Positions 31,001-34,625 of a stretch of DNA of 64,000 nt are shown piece after piece. This DNA is from a virus. Location: the IMG/VR virus record IMGVR_UViG_3300009156_000026, positions 37,734 to 101,733 of that record; one strand, written 5' to 3'. The notes under the pieces were generated by a model. The model worked only from the letters and a program-made list of their open reading frames with translations. It had not been told where the DNA came from and made no database searches. The number at the start of each line of letters is the position of its first letter. The stretch's first letter is position 1. The translations under genes were made by a program, and so were the position numbers.

Positions 31001-32023
31001 TGGCTGGGCTGGAACGCCCTCGGGTCGTTCATGCCAGCGGCTGGGCTGACCCGCACGATCGCCCAGAGCCAGGACCCATACGCCAGATCCACCGAGTTCG
31101 GCGGCATCAGAGAAGGGCTGGCCTACGGCGTGCCGGACCTGGGCCCGGCGCCCGGGCTGCGGCTGCCGTTCGGCCTGCCGGACCTGCTCGCGACCCAGCA
31201 AGGGAGCCCGACTGGGCGACGCTCGGGGCTGGCCATCACGAGAGACGCGCTGGGCCGCCCGGTCGAGAGCGAGTACAGCGGCGCCTACGCGTGGCTGCCG
31301 TTCCGCGCGACCCAGGAGCACCTCGACGACGCCGTGCTGAACACGCTGCTCGACGCGAAGGTCGGCGCCCCCAGCCCGCCGAGCGAGTTGTTGTACAAGG
31401 TCGAGCGGCCGGGCCAGTGGACGCTGGTGGCGATGCCGCAGGCCCTTAGACAGGAGTTCGCCCGACGGGTGGGCGAGGCCGCCAACGCCCGCGTCCAGGC
31501 CGAGATGCAGGCGGTCCCCGAGGCCCAGCGCAAGGCCGACCCTGACGCCTGGAGCGATCGGCTGAAGGCGGCGATGAGCGAGACGTTCAAGACGGTCCGC
31601 AACGAGATGCAGGACGACCCGGCCGTCAAGGCCCAGCTAGCCGTCTTAGCTCAGGACTCCAACAGGACCCGCCCGTTCGAGTCAGCGGCAGCGGTCGACA
31701 AGCTGCTCGGCCGCGAGCCCGCAGCGACGCCCGGGGCCACGCCACGGCCGGGCGCAACGCCCGTAGCTACGCCTCCGCAGCCAGCCACCGATCCGAACGA
31801 GGCCGCCAACCGCGCTCGTCGAGCCGTCGGGCTGCCAGACTTGCCTCCTGGTCAACAGGCACCCGTGACCGCCCCTGCCACTCCACCAGCGGGTACCCCG
31901 ACGACGCCAGCGCCCGTCAGGACGCCGTCAGCGACCCAGGCGCCCGCAGCCCCGGCGGCGACTGATCAGAAGGAAGCGGTGAACAGGTCGCGACGGGCCG
32001 TTGGGCTGCCGCCCCTGCCGTAG
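13046..32023 (+). CDS. giant (6325 aa) polyvalent virion/ejection protein with multiple enzymatic modules
   Basis: Uninterrupted 19-kb ORF with GC3 bias; recognisable lysozyme-like, M23, amidase, HExxH, ART-like, HhH-GPD-like and GNAT-like segments, plus motifs typical of phage large polyvalent proteins. Confidence 0.95.
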   Translation: MAAEEWEYEYDYDQPEDSGEDTSYEYEEPSYEEPSYEEPVYQEPSYQEPSYEEGGDWYDAYARGYSGGGLGYVAPEAEPESWYDAYAQAFSPRVEQRPTDPYAWSYNEGGRPETIDTWADGRPMDEKAAKQARIYRVALENGLDEEGARVLVAVTETEAGLFGALGDGGQSRGPFQFYEGGQMPAFRQWVQANGIPGDPNQLVHDPEIATSFAASNYLGAAIKRGQAQGLHGADLATYAQRTGQVSVSPERTGENYQRLFATGDPYGDAIRVAQPSAGARARANAQIPPGHWDGDGHDHGVATPYTQQQVGRDGSVWQIAFDFDQPYADPFNPQIPNHRGVDLQLAGAPNGGENTPYTAMRNGRVVKITNDPHGGIGIIVDTGDPSARYDRYFHNNAVSVREGDVVQAGRTNLGVIGQTGSQGFPHLHYEVSQNVDGDPMGQTIDPRPYLGPPPGRPQAAVRAQPGAPWDPYAPYGGAQQQQPRAAAAVAAQPNVVELTTPYTSGRRQTTDGIVIHATRGQGETPQAEYEWTLGWFGKNPYQVSANAVIGPDGQIAMPRDWDLITHHAGENNATKFGIELAQSAADSARGVPYTDAQYASLGWLLGQLHQRYGIPIDRSHVVGHEELDQGRRQNKTDPGENFDWGRALQLGAQPQRGVPAQQATQTARVAPAAPYQDVGGTAPGRPPAGTPTPATGGSYTVGGRPATREQYDAAVASDRESRDRFLAQLPEPTRNAYTEWEAFRRSRGEDPNDIPAFRAHIDRLGVENPWTGQEQRREQARVAREQFEASLPETTRTQFREWAADREARGQDLTLPAFREHLGALGAPDPWTAQEQAARAAAARPAAATPPPPAGRTVYRLAGGTEISEAQAQEIGRQNAAAERINAGYNERIAAARVERERLRTWQAQSDAYFNDPNGQLPHPGPRPSTENLDWLEADAARGADTGAREQPITVVSSYNEPASADEVAAARARAEARVQTGALTREAAASSDPLVQAAQAAQARSTQLLQQVENQRILDRESPLDPRYIALVRSQELQRQGAMQEGPLPQLTDQEIAMPTIRPAQPERFNQAIYDYYRNRGYSEEQARAEATLAPAREATMEPPSPRVIQADPVPEVDPNISTYEALANAAIRGTAGLATGLYNIPEAVGYYTGQTWLEEESRERIRGIQGAVRESGALRQSGNQWYQSPLGFFEGAAENLPNVAATVGAAFLTGGGSIAAMAAGGGARVVAPLLVRGGMAASRAALVAGSLASGGQMRESLRDEVAAGLINQETADFAGAVAAATEALTETVMPGLDRMVLRGFGLQAAKEIGHELIKRGLGGALKTVGGEIVNEAGEELVTEAVGIGTDLAFSAQKPTMLEAAERLATAGVMGGALGGAMAGPITASGAVVQALEGRRETANARQLDAAFGSPADQLARDGVQVVVASPDFGTYAVRHIDPTNPNRQRAFTLNISEDAEGNAVVTPGGAYRGEPLRTIDLQDPTADRMRAARNAGAALTYLNQQGVISNETASGAIESLQKRAEAAASGAAVATQARPSREASLEEGPERSEGYIKPDGWSDVGTIPGTDLHLRAADHLPQPLVSQIMRAEADRVIAASVSELTDRMDKRSQDLGITPRTIVRRLMGTSLYGAGMIAQNDNIFVEGTRNRETGIGTLGGFQFDTGAIIFDAINDAKEAGYSLAQFLDPRVGGRFLAAKIAEVAVHEPSHDVNAYHGERFHQTMTAYRQALVAEQRALEPIMRELVSSGAVERSLALHAQMYRDHARHWYWRGRGRDVAAELAARDARRGTPLGGAIDVRRPDSQGGRGARPAAARPVPADGRGVGAITLRGPGLRPAAQAGEPATGVPELGPPSPLVSREAAMASGVPVEMPSDPRVQQALARTPGIQVTPDGLVVDATRFQRRGSGGAPSLSGNVYYGVSGPETTIGGDNSYYDQRDRLVYGGSEAVRGPTVLRRPFVGTSGAFHPEGAQTIAEAVGDQDAARPLAVLNQAGFLNTASPEARAAITDAMEQYGVDRAIPERIFQALDSGLIREQAARSNLSEAVAGEALRRAGYDGYIRLNPDNTVDSIMDVREQTYPDEEGRTALHPQFEGAAPAVTRSADGYEQIGMFDSDEVRPSNMAAREAALSRPIPTRVQYPPEVAQQLQAAGLELQPERGLVVPMAAPAAGGVEADRRPDGGISFTELTPGPGGREVALANPIIHQGGTMATDRAQALADLLGEDPGTGSRLVEAIQDAIAQDGPTTENVRTIMASIGLGDPDQAALLVKAARGDTGQGSGSLANHIVSQMLAHEGRIHGHDGLVTLGPDGAPSIASFQRPQDTADTGYVVDDGQLLYRGEAETPPSYQVQDGQLVHQGTGYEVQDGRPVYQGPSAMVPSIRPMRDAVEAEIAKMEGHRTESLARAEQSGDSWGYDANNARLLEQQIARRRAVLDRVESRAPLDFPGVEPRIIVPAEAGEGVTTSSDWNGGVRAWAQINGATVRGVPIDVDDERVPDVLYHATTNLPAVQRSGMLRAGGVGGLGGDNRDNIVSLTISRPIADGIARDLRTAIDVARIPEPATVQVPWEDSRGRTHYSTEWADPEEYQRYREAVITRLQAQARTEGWTWDAEHISPTAAGRDIFSTYFQVRSYQTDLKNPLIYTELDALRLIDPENIGVVEVPRDALRTGALLTDLDLGRNHLEEIRSYGDVPLQPGVPTSGPSAMQGELPPPPPIVRPDQRSSQPFPSNVIIPRQFIAPDLRAGPETELAEPPPFAGPPLVGTEEAIDAGWAGIPDPRTPIENRADLHNRLVLTRFLSQRELKEILGERPQDLQQVIDFMVAQRQKVVEGRLLPSDVAKAYLMTVSSQGQGAIDPQIILDKTGLAIPDHFLTPNRDGVRQIRAEDAAAAWIASPTGQRTLAQLDQGTFDEAGWENAASIRAAFSDDRLNNNNVMGTRPNRRGRISMRDVVALTADLNQIGDNPRAMAAAVERLNGIGPRKTGFIQHLLGFGEMPTLDARALNTWITGQGDIRGMDTEAAQIARLMNQHYAADATGILTLARIISGYNQLRRSGFAPDIPKAVYNAVLHNWLWTRIKGHERTYAPMYEAQAAPVEPIPQTEWSRDDFETRNQMMESWMRDPYEAEDRELGPYDPDAREGPSAMAAEIPSIPAYLREHAVPFAGYEPNTIEGRMEQVLMDAARAQGTNRPQFEKGELGKLEPKFLPSPTATKVEIKKNPDGTNKKDKKGKDVWVESNYGVTPALEDQRVALQLGRPASRWYTELAHWVYERVGPEAFDEFRVIFGVTSAQTEPTENMATTFAAMKIAREMAAEGILDDAHRDEFHARMKAYRIPSVSEGVANVEKDGTPKMVGFRTYTEGKGKQIMDLYTTGSVTVQTNAKTPSYAGNMISALMGVYDPNVTVDVWMARAMNYWSTSWMATSDQAYRASHAIYNWLAREEGISPHEAQAAIWFPIKTAWERGGTAIRQKIQDGDLADALRDAEQAGLLRPELIRGDLAAINADARVQHAWEQLAPVIASSPLSPGQAEAGVTDIVYPGQTRGRGETKEPARPVDRAQRAALLDVAEGQAPTVGIVGVPDRAALGYANGQLDWLGQPHQVVPIGDGLMVRLVGGNLDTARYVAAELGERAGAPAVSLQLASTEGNALGYVFSSSGEEPIEKADLEAISALVAGTGIPLVADPGGHYVALIDSPSVPEEIYNSTVDAIANLGIAGLEQEGYRGWAEHLPAAEYRGTIQALGHRFGAGEPQDLPVGAAGGDRAAEEGGAEAQGVGPSAMGAEAPWAEGWSQPTPEEFLRIRSQSDRGAYLSASDVDSLRGKRLFVKPTDTGGYAGFALDEDNDLQNVFNVPGPDGRKSKGAGVDAMLMGISQGADKLDAFDPFLPKYYHQFGFRETGRVPFNDEYAPEGWDYANGRPDVVLMTWDGFHNGESPDDVRARVGGPKTEWIAQPHARTFDDWDQAAEVRDGRLADLRGGAVPGRVRPVAGPGRGGPAVRPDTGPGAAGRGDLAGPSAMVGREAAITTGVPLDLPTRRGFLQAVENTDGAQITPDGLSVDLIRWQQPEQVGAEAGQSAVFYLASGTHARDVDTYRGTFLGDYGGDQRIAGPSVFRRPFVARAGVGDAAIAAYAALNGQEATDAMRGPVGRLGGFPRLSRDEVVARTRDILTRHDAGPEAAEQIVDAYRLGAPLENAVEERIVSHDLRRRGYDSVIGYSGVGRNARLTELMDVRERTYPDETGQTELHPQFGPGPSAMAAEIPGWVPVSGMPDDLHQRVLSGSPRLQAVAAESTATLQEALMEALDSDPLMTDADRQVLHGHASFYTSAIVGLATEDPARLEAVGLDYASAELERDRAIGHLERIGRLDALYNAEAAWASLSPRDDPSQGRPSAMAGEVPVTLAEPFYSRLTQVAGALPEMIEGNPGRLVRDKARPERVVRRAAQNPNREEPPPERGWIMAEDGSWIEPAREGSERMVEVTTGAQETMRRLREAGAKPDELAWTGVETWLRDQGDGPIDRAALMDHLSQRRIVVEEMVLGGREIGQIHVYQDGPEEIVEQEPYEVEEGYEDDEGNYVEPEYLYDDESEPEYRYTFRAAPEENELGDELVYEATGNDDQGYWVTTVDGEPIGNDPVDDLERVERAIGDHARLRLEEPLPEGVAGPVQFEWEPGDPSAPLVQPGGEEYREVLLILPWRGREELALFEQAADRASDAYHAFTADHSYEERVDDLDLRRQSLELLDAANRARAELDAKRVEVERQRYTGSHFTQPGSYNPVENVAVHVRMTTRIGPNGERRVFIEEIQSDWQQQGREKGFMPKSGLPKGYAVEFRPPSRIDPTQATRIGGRFDNASGRYVDETVLEPGTPEHARQMRSYSKWYAVTPDEAARDDAAFDSEAEARTYLERQIAKDNPPPEFPFMRTESWATLAFRRMIRWAAEHGYDQIAWTTGAQQNDRYGPRRIKNPEALPKFYDGVLVTVATDLGKPWGVAPTRSQISVHETGQFGQVVEQPDGWRYTLPNGTSLGGYPTQEAAQAAADAEAERAGTAEAVHVLDIPPQMKRSALEEGQPLFMAGEMPTGQPPGDPEAQWDRQDPQDATDPALAEAIDLDGAVQEIDDPDALPRTDGPEQVQMILPGFDTVPISDEEYDRIVAALDANEAVSGAPPVGGAAPQISAPPTSPPPGPPAPPISFPEDEPVPGVPNLGPPTGNEPNLDQFPSWAQALLEMGSLVEMGDPNVGMLGERARLIREVQARPNAEAMSAAQIEAAADRILAQRREFRAANETEWADAIMMIAAGPNAEGLSRREQQILAGAIMRQYKLFQRAADRAQGQRATPWSVAQMLDEARKFSAIRGLAITPRDQWAMLDEVWRSAPVTQGASGTLEEFLEVRQAAQDAGDTDAVARLEEEGIARASGMVARTRPTPIAGRRRATAEGELVRYGRTMADQVRGETTPSEAAAAAAAPDLSIHPWEILSNVRYNNMLLGPRGILNDYAWNTGMLFGKMMADPFLPETGGLDPRARWAITKVEAAAMARYLPLAIRRMGRILFTGVDTLESEATGAPRNISGRLTRRIENAREEGAGERSPKLLKLKASKVGAVLFAELAGRLKGMADVGIKQIAWGMEMNRQAAILAWREGVHEVDSDEWHERIAEIMAGNIAGPNATPEERRAATATHLQMQKNARREAERTTFQGDMGTFGRKLEPIQRHPVGQFVLPFLKTLYHIRGWAIDFSPLGLAGTVYDVARSAAYKKVMQSDRGQRMLGTPNIPLPFGQAIPTRNAFGILGGPYQDAWRGTQVGPGVADLDRRLMANMIGTTGFFYLLGLAFEGALSASGPPDDPIVWFDEELPSGDARSLKRTMQATGWRPYSVKIPWRGQDYWVNYSNWGPLGYMMGAAAAIGESYLYGVSAEKKRPLTGSPFPDSWQGIQDLWNGGDGDTLRTARRRFFGMISDVTFLSGMSDLVKLTDAAWDWVVPEGPETPSMALRRQHGAQNEIGAWLGWNALGSFMPAAGLTRTIAQSQDPYARSTEFGGIREGLAYGVPDLGPAPGLRLPFGLPDLLATQQGSPTGRRSGLAITRDALGRPVESEYSGAYAWLPFRATQEHLDDAVLNTLLDAKVGAPSPPSELLYKVERPGQWTLVAMPQALRQEFARRVGEAANARVQAEMQAVPEAQRKADPDAWSDRLKAAMSETFKTVRNEMQDDPAVKAQLAVLAQDSNRTRPFESAAAVDKLLGREPAATPGATPRPGATPVATPPQPATDPNEAANRARRAVGLPDLPPGQQAPVTAPATPPAGTPTTPAPVRTPSATQAPAAPAATDQKEAVNRSRRAVGLPPLP
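13440..13830 (+). other. domain in giant protein: lytic transglycosylase/lysozyme-like
   Basis: LVAVTETEAGLFGALGDGGQSRGPFQF: catalytic-Glu helix followed by a G-x-G-x-F-Q motif. Confidence 0.65.
13990..14395 (+). other. domain in giant protein: M23 (LytM) peptidase
   Basis: HRGVDL, RYFH, IGQTG-SQGFPHLHYEV, TIDPRPYL. Confidence 0.9.
14570..14995 (+). other. domain in giant protein: N-acetylmuramoyl-L-alanine amidase (Amidase_2)
   Basis: GIVIHAT, SANAVIGPDG, HHAGENN, FGIEL, YTDAQY, VVGHEEL, KTDPGENFDW. Confidence 0.85.
17950..18350 (+). other. domain in giant protein: HExxH zincin-like metallopeptidase
   Basis: VAVHEPSHDVNAYHGERF (HExxH-x5-H) at about 18157-18210. Confidence 0.6.
18381..18605 (+). 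CDS. nested overprinted gene A in +1 frame of the giant ORF (74 aa, RHH/CopG-like helices)
   Basis: GAGGAAGGGG RBS, ATG at 18381; GC3-rich codons in this frame; LRMAEESGLSRSEVLAYAL resembles RHH helices; the giant frame here is R/G/P-rich shadow-like sequence. Confidence 0.6.
   Translation: MSQPSSQPEMPDAGLPSGELLMFVGLIVKAAEEQDQRLLDLYLRMAEESGLSRSEVLAYALRRRPGNPLLASLS
18625..19330 (+). other. domain in giant protein: duplicated module copy 1, degenerate ADP-ribosyltransferase-like
   Basis: Paralogous to 25085-25770; VYY...YGG...RRPFV...GYDGYI...MDVRE pattern recalls ART-like domains of polyvalent proteins. Confidence 0.45.
20530..21125 (+). other. domain in giant protein: ART/PARP-like module
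   Basis: LYHATT (strand-1 His), IVSLT (central S-x-T), terminal LEEIRSY glutamate. Confidence 0.5.
21450..22280 (+). other. domain in giant protein: HhH-GPD (Ogg-like) DNA glycosylase-like
   Basis: LNGIGPRKTGFIQHLLGFGEMPTLDARALNTW resembles the GIGxK...LGF...LD..L.W signature of 8-oxoG glycosylase/lyases. Confidence 0.55.
22810..23410 (+). other. domain in giant protein: second HhH-GPD-like phage domain
   Basis: WY...VTSAQT..TEN...KTPSY...VTVDVWMARA...Y...A...G..P.EAQAAIW pattern of a widespread phage glycosylase-fold family. Confidence 0.55.
24201..24356 (+). CDS. nested overprinted gene B in +1 frame of the giant ORF (51 aa)
   Basis: Strong SD CAGGAGGG 5 nt before GTG at 24201; MAGQSISLRPSIEERFKRLGIG...QVVIVLPKK; TAG overlaps the GPSAM glycine codon. 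Confidence 0.55.
   Translation: MAGQSISLRPSIEERFKRLGIGSAPASHKIYQSGPQVVIVLPKKAEPKPKE
24400..24810 (+). other. domain in giant protein: GNAT acetyltransferase-like
   Basis: AGFAL...LQNVFN...KGAG...GADKLDAFDPFLPKYYHQFGFRE: motif A/B-like with the Y..FGF signature. Confidence 0.6.
24834..25061 (+). CDS. nested overprinted gene C in +1 frame of the giant ORF (75 aa)
   Basis: GGAGAG SD before ATG at 24834; C-terminal half LTSEEVQFLDECVPLLGQDVVDRQYGLILDQ is protein-like while the giant frame is R/G-rich; TAG lies 3 nt before a GPSAM motif. Confidence 0.55.
   Translation: MTSAPGSEDPRPSGSPSLTPEPSTTGTKQRRYATDDSLTSEEVQFLDECVPLLGQDVVDRQYGLILDQGRQVGEI
25085..25770 (+). other. domain in giant protein: duplicated module copy 2
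   Basis: REAAITTGVP...ITPDGL.VD..R.Q...VFY...YGG...RRPFV...GYD.VI...MDVRERTYPDETGQTELHPQF, colinear with 18625-19330. Confidence 0.6.
26230..28230 (+). other. domain in giant protein: large-polyvalent-protein-type module
   Basis: PFYSRL...GAKPDELAWTG, PGGEEYREVLL, GSHF...HVRM, FIEEIQSDWQQQGR, GYDQIAWTTG, VLDIPPQMK...GQPLF are motifs typical of large polyvalent phage proteins. Confidence 0.6.
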
Positions 32024-32130
32024 GTACACGCCTACCATGGGGCCCCTCCCCCACGGTATGCTGGGGCACCGAACGTTCCTCCCCTGGACGCGCGGGACGC
32101 GATCCATTCTCCCTAATGGTCGCGGGGGAC

Positions 32131-32178
32131 GGCTGCGATGCGGCTGCACCCGGAGCCGCATCGCAGCCGCGCTTTGTA
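32131..32178 (+). terminator. 15-bp perfect hairpin, probable terminator after the giant gene
   Basis: GGCTGCGATGCGGCT-gcacccgg-AGCCGCATCGCAGCC followed by GCGCTTTGT. Confidence 0.6.
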
Positions 32179-32285
32179 CGAACGACGGGGCCCCTCCCTG
32201 CATAGCCGGGCCTCCCCGTGTTGTGGCGGTTGGTTGTTGACGGCATCTCGGGTATAGCTGTCTCACCTGGACGGGGTGAGGCACG

Positions 32286-34625
32286 ATGTCGGTCCCGCGC
32301 ACTGGTCCATACGGCGACCCGAGCGACATCATCCCGGGCTATTACCCGACGCCCACGAGGCCACCAGCGACGCCGCGCCCGACCCAGACGCCACGGCCGG
32401 ACCCGACCCCCAGGAACACGCCGACCCCGCGCCCGACCCAGACGCCCACCCGCGAGCCGACGCCCACCCGCGAGCCGACGCCGACCAGGGTGCCCACCCA
32501 GACCAGGGAGCCGACCGCGACGCCGACGCCGAGGGCGACCGCGACTCCGAAGGCCGAGCCCACCCCGAAGCCGATCCGCTCAACCAAGCCGTACGACATG
32601 CCGCCGGCGCGGTGGACCCAGATCAACGGGGTGGTCTGGGCCGATCCGCGAGCCGAGGCCGCCAAGCGGAAGCAGGATCGCGGCGACCCGCTCAGCGACG
32701 ACGATCGGCAGGCGCTCGAAGACGCGAACATGATCATGGAGTCGGAGATCCGCTGGTGGCAGGGCGGCCACGGCTTCAACGATCCGCGACCGTCTCTGGA
32801 TGGCTCCCCCGAGCCCGGCGGCACCCCGGGTCCCACAGGGACCCCGACGCCGGCCGACCTGGGCGCCACGCCAGCGGGTACCCCGACGCCAACGGGCACC
32901 CCGGAGCCGACCGCCACGCCGACGGTGCCGCCGACGCCGACCTCGCCGCCGACGCACCCGATCTCCGGGCTGCCGCTGGTCCCGAGCCTGGAGCCGCCGC
33001 CGCCGTTCACGGCCAACCCGGCCCCGGGCGACCTCGACGTGCCGTCGGCCGCGCGGTCGGCCGTCTCGCCCGACGACCAGCTTACCGTCACCGACGACTG
33101 GGGCAACACGCTCCAGATGACGCGCGGTCAATACGACGCCCAGGACCCGTCGTACCAGGGGACGCTGCGGATCGTCAACGTCGAGCCGGCCGGCACCCGT
33201 GACCTGACGGTCCCGCCGCTGCCCCGAGCGGCCGAGCCGCCACCCGTGGCGGCTGCCGCAGCCGCCCCGGCTGCGCCCGTGGTGCCGCCCGCAGCGCCGG
33301 CCGCGCCCGCGACGAAGGCCCCGTCGATCAAGCTGCCGCCCCAGACGCCGCTCGAAGCGCCGTTCCAGGACGAGGCGCCGAATCGACGGCCGCCGGCCCA
33401 GACCCACCCGACCCCGCCGATCGCGACGGCTCGCCCGACCCCGAAGCCGCCCGCCGCCGCGCCCAAGGCGGCCCCACCCCCAGCCAGCATCGCGCCGCCG
33501 CTGCCGTTCGAGCGCGACGAGACGGGCGCCGTGCTGCCAGAAGGACGGCTGACCAGGGCGATCGCCAGGGCCGGCGAGGGTCGGGTCCGTCCGACCCGTC
33601 CTGTCGTCGAGCGGGTCGCCCGTGAGATCGGGGACGTCTTCCGCCCGGGTGACCAGGGCGGCTGGCGGGGCGATACGGGCGGCTGGCGGACGCTGGCGCA
33701 GGAGGCGGCTGCGGCCTGGGAGCGGCAGTACAAGGAGGCGCCGAACACCCTGGACCCGCGAGAACGAGCCGCCTACCAGAAGGACCCGCACTCGCTCTAC
33801 ACCAAGATCCTCGACCCCGACTCGCCGTTCAGGAACTATCGGGAAAGCTGGATCGGGGCGGTCAGGAACGGCGAGGTGGTCCCGGACTCCGCCGAGTTTG
33901 TGGGCGAGCTTGGCCCCTACGGCGTGGCCGCGCCGCGCGGGGTGCCGCGAGCAGCGCCTGCTGCTGCACCGCCACAGTTCGAGCCAGGGTCGGGCATCTC
34001 CAACACCACCGATCGCGGCGGGGTCCCCCGCGAGTACACGCCGGCCAGCGTGACGGGTGGCGGCAGCGGGGTCGCCCCGGGACAGGCACCACCGACGGGC
34101 GTCACCAACGTGACCGACGCCGGCGGGGTCCCAAGAGAGTACACCCCGTCCAGCCAGACGGGCCCCAGGTCCACGCCGGGCGAGCCGCCGACGGCGGTCG
34201 AGCCGATCCCGCTCGATGTGGGCCAGGGACGGGTCGAGCCGATCCCGATCGACCTGTCGGGATCCGGGGCGGTCACGGAAGAGGAGATGATCCGTCTGCG
34301 GGCGCCGGAGCAGCAGCGGGTGATCCCGTACAGCGGCGAGGAGACGCCTCCGCCCGACGGCCAGATCGTGCCCGAGGAGACGCCTCCGCCGCCTGTGATC
34401 GTGCTGGGCGCGCCCGAGGACGTCCCGATCGAGGAGGGCGAGGGCCCGGTCGACGACAGCCAGTACATCGAGCAGCCCAGCTACGCCTACGACGAGCAGC
34501 CCAGCTACTACGACGAAGAGCCCGTCTACGACGAAGAGCAGCCCAGCTATGAGGACGTGGTGGCCGAGTCCGAGCCCGTCTACGACGAGCAGCCCAGCTA
34601 CGAGGACTACGAGGTGTACGCGTGA
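32286..34625 (+). CDS. Pro/Thr-rich putative internal virion protein with acidic Tyr repeats at the C-terminus (779 aa)
   Basis: GAGG RBS; PT/TP repeats; C-terminal EQPSY / EPVYDE repeats. Confidence 0.75.
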   Translation: MSVPRTGPYGDPSDIIPGYYPTPTRPPATPRPTQTPRPDPTPRNTPTPRPTQTPTREPTPTREPTPTRVPTQTREPTATPTPRATATPKAEPTPKPIRSTKPYDMPPARWTQINGVVWADPRAEAAKRKQDRGDPLSDDDRQALEDANMIMESEIRWWQGGHGFNDPRPSLDGSPEPGGTPGPTGTPTPADLGATPAGTPTPTGTPEPTATPTVPPTPTSPPTHPISGLPLVPSLEPPPPFTANPAPGDLDVPSAARSAVSPDDQLTVTDDWGNTLQMTRGQYDAQDPSYQGTLRIVNVEPAGTRDLTVPPLPRAAEPPPVAAAAAAPAAPVVPPAAPAAPATKAPSIKLPPQTPLEAPFQDEAPNRRPPAQTHPTPPIATARPTPKPPAAAPKAAPPPASIAPPLPFERDETGAVLPEGRLTRAIARAGEGRVRPTRPVVERVAREIGDVFRPGDQGGWRGDTGGWRTLAQEAAAAWERQYKEAPNTLDPRERAAYQKDPHSLYTKILDPDSPFRNYRESWIGAVRNGEVVPDSAEFVGELGPYGVAAPRGVPRAAPAAAPPQFEPGSGISNTTDRGGVPREYTPASVTGGGSGVAPGQAPPTGVTNVTDAGGVPREYTPSSQTGPRSTPGEPPTAVEPIPLDVGQGRVEPIPIDLSGSGAVTEEEMIRLRAPEQQRVIPYSGEETPPPDGQIVPEETPPPPVIVLGAPEDVPIEEGEGPVDDSQYIEQPSYAYDEQPSYYDEEPVYDEEQPSYEDVVAESEPVYDEQPSYEDYEVYA